A stretch of DNA of 38,022 nucleotides, from positions 1-38,022 of the forward strand of contig JAEZWE010000084.1 of NCBI GenBank assembly GCA_023420435.1, given 5' to 3'. The stretch is from Bacteroidota bacterium (GTDB lineage: Bacteria > Bacteroidota > Bacteroidia > Flavobacteriales > Weeksellaceae). The position numbers and the translations under genes are program-made. The notes under the pieces are model-generated. The model did not search any database and had not been told where the DNA came from. It saw nothing but the letters and a program-made list of their open reading frames with translations. Below are positions 8,691 through 15,475 of the stretch, piece by piece; the stretch's first letter is position 1; each line of letters begins with the position of its first letter.

Positions 8691-10190
8691 ATGCTAAAAT
8701 TCCTTAAGAAAAAAGCCGCTTTGCTTTGGGCAAAAAAACATGTAAAAGATACTGAAAATTTTAAAAAAAACTCAGTTGCATTGCAGGAAAAACTACTTCT
8801 TGATTTAGTAAAATCTGCAGAAAAAACACTTTTCGGTTTGCATCATGGTTTTTCAGAAATAAAATCGGTAAAAGATTTTCAGGAAAAAGTGAAAATTTCA
8901 GATTACGAAGATTTAAAACCCTACATTGAAAAAATAAAACATGGGGACCGAAATATTCTTTGGGAAGGAAATCCGGAATATTTTGCAAAGACTTCGGGAA
9001 CAACCAGCGGCACAAAGTACATCCCCATTTCAAAAGAAGGAATGCCTTTTCAAATTGCAGGAGCACAATCTGCTTTATTTCATTACATCGCTCAAAAAGG
9101 AAATGCCGATTTTGTAAACGGAAAAATGATTTTTTTGCAGGGAAGTCCGGAATTGGAAGAAGTAAATGGTGTGAAAACAGGTCGTCTTTCCGGAATTGTT
9201 GCTCATCATATCCCAAATTATCTTCAAAAAAACAGACTTCCAAGCTTGGAAACCAACATGATGGAAGATTGGGAAGCCAAAGTGGATGAAATTGTAAAAG
9301 AAACCGAAAAAGAAAACATGACTTTAATTTCCGGAATTCCACCGTGGTTAATCATGTATTTCGAGAAATTAATCGCCAGAAATGGCAAAAAAATAAAAGA
9401 ACTTTTCCCAAATCTTCAACTTATTGTAACAGGTGGTGTAAACTACGAACCGTATCGCGAAAAAATGAAAGAACTTCTAGGTGGAAAAGTAGATATCGTC
9501 CAAACATTTCCGGCAAGTGAAGGGTTTTTTGCATTTCAAGATGATTTTAACAAAGAAGGCTTGCTTTTGCAAACCAATCATGGAATTTTTTATGAATTCG
9601 TTCCACTAGAATTGTACGGAAAACCTGAAGCTCCAAGATTAACGCTAAAAGAAGTCGAACTTCACAAAGATTATGCTTTAATTTTAACCACCAATTCAGG
9701 ACTTTGGGCTTATTCTATTGGAGATGTAGTTAGATTTATTTCCAAAAATCCTTACAGAATTTTGGTTTCCGGAAGAACCAAGCATTACACTTCTGCTTTT
9801 GGAGAACATGTTATTGCTTTTGAAGTGGAAGAAGCGATGAAAGAAACGGTTGAAAATTTTCCTGCACAAATTACAGAATTTCATTTAGCTCCCAATGTAA
9901 ATCCTGAAGAAGGATTGCCTTTCCACGAATGGTTTATTGAATTTGAAAAAGAACCGGAAAATTTGGAGGAATTCAGAAAAAAACTGGACGAGGAAATGCG
10001 AAAAAGAAACAGTTATTATGATGATTTAATTACTGGTAACATTTTGCGACCGCTGATCATTTCAAAACTTCAAAAAAATGCGTTTCAGGAATTTGCAAAA
10101 TCTGAGGGAAAATTGGGTGGTCAAAATAAAATTCCAAGATTGGCTAATGACAGAAAAATTGCAGATTTTTTGGAAAAACTTAAAATATAA
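8691..10190 (+). CDS. GH3-family (acyl-adenylate-forming amido synthetase-like) protein
   Basis: 499 aa. Motif AKTSGTTSGTKYIPIS and the overall layout are typical of bacterial 'GH3 auxin-responsive promoter' family proteins. Confidence 0.85.
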   Translation: MLKFLKKKAALLWAKKHVKDTENFKKNSVALQEKLLLDLVKSAEKTLFGLHHGFSEIKSVKDFQEKVKISDYEDLKPYIEKIKHGDRNILWEGNPEYFAKTSGTTSGTKYIPISKEGMPFQIAGAQSALFHYIAQKGNADFVNGKMIFLQGSPELEEVNGVKTGRLSGIVAHHIPNYLQKNRLPSLETNMMEDWEAKVDEIVKETEKENMTLISGIPPWLIMYFEKLIARNGKKIKELFPNLQLIVTGGVNYEPYREKMKELLGGKVDIVQTFPASEGFFAFQDDFNKEGLLLQTNHGIFYEFVPLELYGKPEAPRLTLKEVELHKDYALILTTNSGLWAYSIGDVVRFISKNPYRILVSGRTKHYTSAFGEHVIAFEVEEAMKETVENFPAQITEFHLAPNVNPEEGLPFHEWFIEFEKEPENLEEFRKKLDEEMRKRNSYYDDLITGNILRPLIISKLQKNAFQEFAKSEGKLGGQNKIPRLANDRKIADFLEKLKI

Positions 10191-10222
10191 TACGATAAAC
10201 CATGATGATAAAAAATTTTTTA

Positions 10223-10230
10223 TAATTTTG
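10223..10230 (+). promoter_or_regulatory. -7 box TAATTTTG
   Basis: 16 nt upstream of ATG 10247. Confidence 0.45.
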
Positions 10231-10246
10231 AGAAAATTAAAATTAA

Positions 10247-10615
10247 ATGAAAATTTCTCTATCTGTTAAGTCTGCTCTTTTAGCATTGGTATTTATTGTA
10301 TCTTCATGTGCTACCACAAAATATTCAGATGATACTTCGATGAATAATTATTCCAACCTTAGAACAGGAAGACCTTATTCTTTGAAACTGAAAGACAGCA
10401 ACAAACGTCAGAAATTATATTTTTCCCATGCTACCAGTGAAGAAATTGTTGGTTTTGCAGGAAAAAAAGATTCTACGATTATCTCGGTTTCCAAATCGAA
10501 TGTAAAAGAAGCTAAAGATTTAAGAAAATCGGGTTTAACCACTGCAGCAATTGGTATTGGAGCAGCAGGAGCAGCCGCAATAATTTTGAGTTCTACAAGA
10601 GCAACCTCCAATTAA
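10247..10615 (+). CDS. small lipoprotein with C-terminal Gly/Ala-rich hydrophobic helix
   Basis: MKISLSVKSALLALVFIVSSC lipobox. C-terminus ...GLTTAAIGIGAAGAAAIILSSTRATSN. Confidence 0.6.
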   Translation: MKISLSVKSALLALVFIVSSCATTKYSDDTSMNNYSNLRTGRPYSLKLKDSNKRQKLYFSHATSEEIVGFAGKKDSTIISVSKSNVKEAKDLRKSGLTTAAIGIGAAGAAAIILSSTRATSN

Positions 10616-10947
10616 TGGCTTACAAATTTTAATCCGACAATTGAAGCTACTAAAGTTGTGGCGAAGAAAATTCGCCAAAAAGTGGCGGGTTCATTAAAAA
10701 AGAAAATCCCCATCAATACGCTTCCAACAGCGCCAATTCCTGTCCAAACTGCGTAAGCAGTTCCTATAGGAATCGCCTGGTTTCCAGAAATTGATTTGTA
10801 CATCAAAAACATTGAAATAAAAAGGCAAATGCCAAAACCAAACCACCAGAGAAGGTTTTCTTTTCCGGTGGTTTGTTGCGCTTTACCCAAACAAAATGCA
10901 AATCCGGTTTCAAAAAAGCCCGCAATAATTAGTATGATCCAGTTCAT
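10612..10947 (-). CDS. sugE: SMR-family small multidrug/guanidinium exporter (SugE/Gdx-type)
   Basis: 111 aa with four TM segments. MNWIILIIAGFFETGFAFCLGKA carries the conserved membrane Glu. GTAYAVWTGIGAVG motif. Confidence 0.85.
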   Translation of the reverse strand: MNWIILIIAGFFETGFAFCLGKAQQTTGKENLLWWFGFGICLFISMFLMYKSISGNQAIPIGTAYAVWTGIGAVGSVLMGIFFFNEPATFWRIFFATTLVASIVGLKFVSH

Positions 10948-10951
10948 TTTT

Positions 10952-10959
10952 CAAAGATA
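10952..10959 (-). promoter_or_regulatory. -7 box TATCTTTG, 4 nt before the sugE ATG
   Basis: Minus strand reads tatctttg-aaaa-ATG(10947). Confidence 0.5.
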
Positions 10960-10980
10960 TTTTAAAAATCTTATTTTCTA

Positions 10981-10988
10981 TAAATTTG
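10981..10988 (+). promoter_or_regulatory. -7 box TAAATTTG, 4 nt before the MFS ATG
   Basis: taaatttg-ccac-ATG(10993). Confidence 0.5.
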
Positions 10989-10992
10989 CCAC

Positions 10993-12231
10993 ATGATTTC
11001 CTTAGAACCTATTAAAACTCTGAAAATTTCAGAATTTCGAAATTTGATGACCGGACGTTTTTTTCTGGTGCTTTCTTTTAGAATGTTGGCGACTTTATTA
11101 GGTTGGTGGATTTATGAATTAACCAAAGATCCTTTTGCTATTGGTTTAATAGGACTTTCTGAAGTGGTACCTGCGCTAAGTTCTGCGCAGTATGCAGGAC
11201 ACGTTATTGATAATTCTGAGAAAAAAAAATTGCTTTTAATTTGCATTTACGCTTATGTGGTTTTGATTGGTTTTTTATGCTTTATTGCGTATGAAGGGCA
11301 AATTGAACATCTTTTTTCATCAAAAACCACCACTTACTTTATCTACGGAACTATTATTTTTACCGGAATTTGCCGGGCTTTTATTGGGCCTATCATTCCA
11401 TCGATGATTCCAAAAATTGTAGGAAGAGAAAGGCTTGCCAATGCTATTACGATAAATCAGGCTACTTTTCTCACTGCTTCGGTTGCAGGTCATGCTTTAG
11501 GTGGATTTTTCATTCATTGGTTTGATATTTTCGGAACCTTGTTAATTGTTGTTGGGTTAATGATGTTTTCATCCATTTTTTTCTGGTTCATTAAAAAACA
11601 TCACTCTGAAAATAAAGGTTTGGAACTGAAAGTAATGCAAAGCATGAAAGAAGGTATTGATTATATTTTTAAAACCAGAGAAATTCTTGGCGCACTGCTT
11701 TTGGATATGTTTGCAGTACTTTTTGGTGGTGCTGTAGCGATGATTCCTGTTTTTGCAAGTGATATTTTAAAAGTGGGTTCGCAAGGTTTTGGTTTACTAA
11801 ATGCCGCTTCTGATATTGGATCGATGCTGATTATTATTGTGCTTTCATTCGTACCTTTACGGAAAAATCAAGGAAAAATTCTGTTGGTTGCAGTAGCTGG
11901 TTTTGGAATTTGCATCATTGGTTTTGGACTTTCCAAACTGTATTGGCTTTCTTTTATTTTCTTAGTTCTCAGTGGAATTTTAGACGGAATTTCAGTAGTT
12001 ATAAGAGGAACTATTGTTCAATTGAAAACTCCAGAAAATATTCGTGGAAGAGTTTTGAGCGTAAATTCTATTTTCATTATGTCCAGTAATGAATTGGGCC
12101 AATTTGAAAGCGGCGTTGCGGCAAAATTATTAGGCGTTGTAAGATCTGTCGTTTTTGGAGGTTCTATGACTTTACTGATTGCTTTAACGGTAGCCAAGAA
12201 ATTTCCGCGCTTGCGAAACATGCATTATTAA
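10993..12231 (+). CDS. MFS transporter (MFS_3 / secretion-effector-like subfamily)
   Basis: 412 aa, about 12 TM segments; N-terminal FRNLMTGRFFLVLSFRM... pattern. Confidence 0.85.
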   Translation: MISLEPIKTLKISEFRNLMTGRFFLVLSFRMLATLLGWWIYELTKDPFAIGLIGLSEVVPALSSAQYAGHVIDNSEKKKLLLICIYAYVVLIGFLCFIAYEGQIEHLFSSKTTTYFIYGTIIFTGICRAFIGPIIPSMIPKIVGRERLANAITINQATFLTASVAGHALGGFFIHWFDIFGTLLIVVGLMMFSSIFFWFIKKHHSENKGLELKVMQSMKEGIDYIFKTREILGALLLDMFAVLFGGAVAMIPVFASDILKVGSQGFGLLNAASDIGSMLIIIVLSFVPLRKNQGKILLVAVAGFGICIIGFGLSKLYWLSFIFLVLSGILDGISVVIRGTIVQLKTPENIRGRVLSVNSIFIMSSNELGQFESGVAAKLLGVVRSVVFGGSMTLLIALTVAKKFPRLRNMHY

Positions 12232-12312
12232 AAAAAGTGCAACTTTTCTGTTAGGTTTGCATCTTAAAAGCAAATAACCTTAAAATTTTTAGTTGAGTTT
12301 TTTATTAATCGT

Positions 12313-12320
12313 TACATTTG
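12313..12320 (+). promoter_or_regulatory. -7 box TACATTTG with upstream TTG (12293-12295)
   Basis: 18 nt upstream of ATG 12339. A TTG lies 17 nt upstream of the box. The box overlaps the ORF-track TTG start at 12318, which favours ATG 12339. Confidence 0.5.
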
Positions 12321-12338
12321 TTTACTATTTATCTTATT

Positions 12339-12962
12339 ATGAAAAAACTTTTTTTTACGCTCTGCGTTCTGTTCTTAGGCTTTTATACTTTTGCACAAAG
12401 TGCATTAGAGAAGAGTTTAACCCCGTTAATTACCGAGTTTAATAATGCAAAAAACCGGGAAGATTTCAAACTGGTAAAAGAAAAATTCCAATCCCAAATT
12501 TCTGAAAATTCGGATTGGCATTATGCTTATTATGCTGCTTTAGCTAATTTGAAAGAAGCGGAAACGCTTAGAAGAGATAAAAAACTCTCGGAAATTGATG
12601 TTTTAACGGATAATGCTTTAATCTCGTTAAATTCACTTTCAAAATTAGAATCTTCAAATTCTGAAATCAGAGCTTTAAGGGCTTATCTTCATGTTTTAAG
12701 ATTGTCGGTAAATCCCACAGAAAGATTTTCAACAGAAGGTAAAAAAGCGAGTGAACTTTTATATTTAGCTCAAAATATTGATCAAAAAAATCCGAGATTT
12801 GATTTGATTCGTGCCCAATTAGAATATTTCAATAACGGAAAAAGTGTAAAATCTCTTTTCCAGGGAGCCCTTTCAAAATTAAAATCAACTTCTCCAAAAT
12901 CTAAAATTGATCCAAATTGGGGATTGAATGATGCGGAATATTATGTTTCAATTTTAAAATAA
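12339..12962 (+). CDS. secreted all-alpha (TPR-like?) hypothetical protein
   Basis: MKKLFFTLCVLFLGFYTFAQS signal peptide, then helix-prone sequence. Ends 26 nt upstream of the T9SS cargo gene. Confidence 0.6.
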   Translation: MKKLFFTLCVLFLGFYTFAQSALEKSLTPLITEFNNAKNREDFKLVKEKFQSQISENSDWHYAYYAALANLKEAETLRRDKKLSEIDVLTDNALISLNSLSKLESSNSEIRALRAYLHVLRLSVNPTERFSTEGKKASELLYLAQNIDQKNPRFDLIRAQLEYFNNGKSVKSLFQGALSKLKSTSPKSKIDPNWGLNDAEYYVSILK

Positions 12963-12988
12963 CTATTAACCAAAATAATTTAAACAGT

Positions 12989-15316
12989 ATGAAAAAATTT
13001 CTATTTATACTTTCGATATTCATTGCCAATTTTGGTTTTTCACAATCCGATTGTATTTCTGCCTTACCTGTTTGTGGTAACTCCAATATTTCTTATAATC
13101 CTCAAAATGCAGGAAATATTGCAGAACAAACCAGTGCAAGTTGCTTAGCATTAGAACATTATTCAGTTTGGTACACGTTTTCAATAGCTACCAGTGGTAC
13201 CTTAGAATTTACCATTGCTCCTGATGTTAATTCAGACGACTACGATTTTGCATTGTATGGACCCAACATCAACTGTGCAACCCATGATTTTGGAAATGCA
13301 ATCCGTTGTAACTTTTCTGGTGCTGATGGACCAACAGGGATTGGAACGCCACCTGCAGGAGCCAGTGCAGGAGCTTGGGATACCGCTTTGAATGTTACGG
13401 CAGGACAAGTATATTACCTTTTGATTGATAACTATGTTCCACAAAATGGATTGAACGGTTTTAATTTATCTTGGGGTGGAACTGCAGCATTAACTTCTCC
13501 TTTTAATACAACCATTCAGCCCAATCCTTTTATAGCACCGGGCGTTAATCAAAGTGGTCAAATTTTGATTTGTACTGATCCTCAAATGTTTGATTTTTCT
13601 ACTTTGTCCTCAGGAATTTTAAATGGAAATGCTAATTTCAGTATCAGTTATTACATGAATAGTAATAATGCTTTAACTGGAACAAGCCCTATTACTACCC
13701 CAATAAATGTAAATACTACCAATATTTACTATTATGCCATTTCATATACCGATCCTACAAATCCTAACAATCCTGCAAACGTTTGTAAGGAATACGGGGA
13801 AATAACTTTTCAGTCCGGAGCTATTGTCGTAAATGATCAAACTGTAATGGGCTGTAATAACAATAATACCGGAATTGGCGTTTTCGATATTACAACAGCA
13901 ACACCCAATGTTTATAATGATCCAACAGCGGTAGTTCAATATTATCCAACAGTAGCAGATGCTAATGCTGGAACTAATGAAATAACTACAAACCTTACCA
14001 ACTATGTAACTACACCAAAACAAATTTTTGCAAAAGTTACTACCACCCAAGGTTGTACCAATATTGCCACTATCACTTTAAGTTTACTTCCTTTATTACC
14101 TGTTAACGATGTTACAATTAACGCATGTAATAATAATAATTTTGGTATTGGTAGTTTTAATTTAACTCTAGCGAATGTTTATCCAACAGATCCAGCTGCG
14201 CCAAAGAAATATTTCCCGACAGTGAATGATTTATTGAACAACACCAACGAAATTACAAACCCTACCATTTACTCAAGTGCGGAAGGACAGGTTTATGTTG
14301 AGGTTACAGGGGCGCAAGGTTGTAAAAATTACGCAGCCATTAATTTAGCATTCTATCCGGTTGTTGTTACCCAAAATGCAACCATTTCCTCCTGTTTTAT
14401 TGAAGGAAATCCAAATACTGCGGAATTTGATTTGGGTAGTGCGGTAGTTTCTACACAGTTTGGAACTACAAATACTTATTACCCGTCTCTTCAGGATGCC
14501 ATTAACCAAAACAATCAAATTCAGAATCCTAATGGGTATGTTTCAACTTCAACATCAATTTATGTTAGAGTTACGGACTCCAATTTATGTTGGGGAACTG
14601 CTAAAATTAATTTGGAGGTAATTCCACCTGTTTATTCTACTGTTTTGAAAGATAAAATAATCTGTATTGAAGATACCACTACTTTAGATGCAGGTTCTGG
14701 TTTTGAATCTTATTTATGGAGTACAGGAGCAACAACCCAATCTATTACAAACGTTTCTGTTGGGGAATATTGGGTAATTTTAACCACTGAAGGTTGTCCA
14801 ACTTTACAAAAAGTGAAAGTAATAAAGTCGCCTTCTCCAGTTATTACCAATATTGAAATTACTAATAACAGTGCTACTGTTGCGGTAAGTGGTGGAACAC
14901 AGCCTTATCAATATTCATTGGATGGAACAACCTGGCAAGATTCTAATATTTTTAATGAATTACCTCGTGGACAAAACTTTGTTTATGTAAAAGACAGTTA
15001 TGATTGTGATCCAATTATGGTAGAAATTACCGTTCCAAATTTGGTAAATGCAATTACACCTAACAGTGACGGCGTTAATGATTATGTAGATTATACTGCT
15101 TTAAGCTATAAAAAAGATCTTATTCTTAACGTATATGACCGATATGGAAATAAAATGTTCCAAGCTGATAAATCAAACGGTTACAAATGGGATGGAAGAT
15201 CTAGCGGCAAAAAAGTGACAACAGGAACTTATTGGTACAGTATTACCTGGGTAGAACCAAACACCAACGTACCTGTAAAATACACCGGTTGGGTTTTGGT
15301 GAAAAACAGAGAATAA
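12989..15316 (+). CDS. T9SS type-B C-terminal sorting-domain cargo protein (large repetitive adhesin-like protein)
   Basis: 775 aa with a signal peptide. Four Cys-pair repeats of about 90 aa and a SprB-type repeat (GGTQPYQYSLDGTTWQ). The C-terminus NAITPNSDGVNDY...YDRYGNKMF...WDG...GTYWY...GWVLVKNRE matches the gliding-motility-associated C-terminal domain. Confidence 0.85.
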   Translation: MKKFLFILSIFIANFGFSQSDCISALPVCGNSNISYNPQNAGNIAEQTSASCLALEHYSVWYTFSIATSGTLEFTIAPDVNSDDYDFALYGPNINCATHDFGNAIRCNFSGADGPTGIGTPPAGASAGAWDTALNVTAGQVYYLLIDNYVPQNGLNGFNLSWGGTAALTSPFNTTIQPNPFIAPGVNQSGQILICTDPQMFDFSTLSSGILNGNANFSISYYMNSNNALTGTSPITTPINVNTTNIYYYAISYTDPTNPNNPANVCKEYGEITFQSGAIVVNDQTVMGCNNNNTGIGVFDITTATPNVYNDPTAVVQYYPTVADANAGTNEITTNLTNYVTTPKQIFAKVTTTQGCTNIATITLSLLPLLPVNDVTINACNNNNFGIGSFNLTLANVYPTDPAAPKKYFPTVNDLLNNTNEITNPTIYSSAEGQVYVEVTGAQGCKNYAAINLAFYPVVVTQNATISSCFIEGNPNTAEFDLGSAVVSTQFGTTNTYYPSLQDAINQNNQIQNPNGYVSTSTSIYVRVTDSNLCWGTAKINLEVIPPVYSTVLKDKIICIEDTTTLDAGSGFESYLWSTGATTQSITNVSVGEYWVILTTEGCPTLQKVKVIKSPSPVITNIEITNNSATVAVSGGTQPYQYSLDGTTWQDSNIFNELPRGQNFVYVKDSYDCDPIMVEITVPNLVNAITPNSDGVNDYVDYTALSYKKDLILNVYDRYGNKMFQADKSNGYKWDGRSSGKKVTTGTYWYSITWVEPNTNVPVKYTGWVLVKNRE
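13541..14629 (+). repeat. four tandem protein-level repeats of about 90 aa inside the T9SS cargo gene
   Basis: Repeats at aa 185-279, 280-369, 370-458 and 459-547. Recurring C-NNNN-GIG-F(D/N)... YYP(T/S)(V/L)xDAxxxxNxI...(I/V)(F/Y)(A/V)xVT...GC...I(T/N)L pattern. Confidence 0.7.
15047..15313 (+). other. T9SS type-B (CHU_C / gliding-motility-associated) C-terminal sorting domain
   Basis: NAITPNSDGVNDYVDY...LNVYDRYGNKMFQ...GYKWDGRSSGKKVTTGTYWYSI...YTGWVLVKNRE. Confidence 0.8.
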
Positions 15317-15338
15317 TAATTTTAAAATATTTAATAAT

Positions 15339-15371
15339 AAAAAATCACTCCTGAGAATGGAGTGATTTTTT
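15339..15371 (+). terminator. rho-independent terminator
   Basis: aaaaaatcactcc / tgagaat / ggagtgatttttt. Confidence 0.75.
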
Positions 15372-15463
15372 ATTAACACAATATCCATCTAATTTTCAGA
15401 ATTTTATAAAGTTTTGCTTAATTATTGTTAGTTAAAATATTAGAAGAAAAAATCCAAAAAACC

Positions 15464-15471
15464 TATATTTG
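15464..15471 (+). promoter_or_regulatory. -7 box TATATTTG, 4 nt before the dnaB ATG
   Basis: tatatttg-tccc-ATG(15476). Confidence 0.45.
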
Positions 15472-15475
15472 TCCC

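Noticed and set aside
8761-9342. 193-aa minus-strand ORF in the ORF track, with many similar 60-145-aa ORFs (e.g. 15838..16269, 24108..24446, 18430..18744, 21917..22189, 36275..36541).
   Set aside because: All lie antisense or out of frame inside strongly supported conserved CDSs (GH3, dnaB, asd, nadB, TBDT, EEP). They have low-complexity F/L/K/I-rich translations typical of AT-rich shadow ORFs, and no promoter box or homology that I recognise.
10948-10992. Possible guanidine riboswitch (ykkC, mini-ykkC or guanidine-III) upstream of the SugE/Gdx-type exporter.
   Set aside because: Only 45 nt separate the divergent start codons, and both are occupied by -7 boxes. There are no ACGR-loop hairpins or other structured leader.
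12232-12300. Alternative weak pairings (gtgcaac...gtttgcat / ggtttgc...gcaaataacc) after the MFS gene, considered as a terminator or attenuator.
   Set aside because: The stems are only about 5 bp with mismatches, and there is no following T-run.
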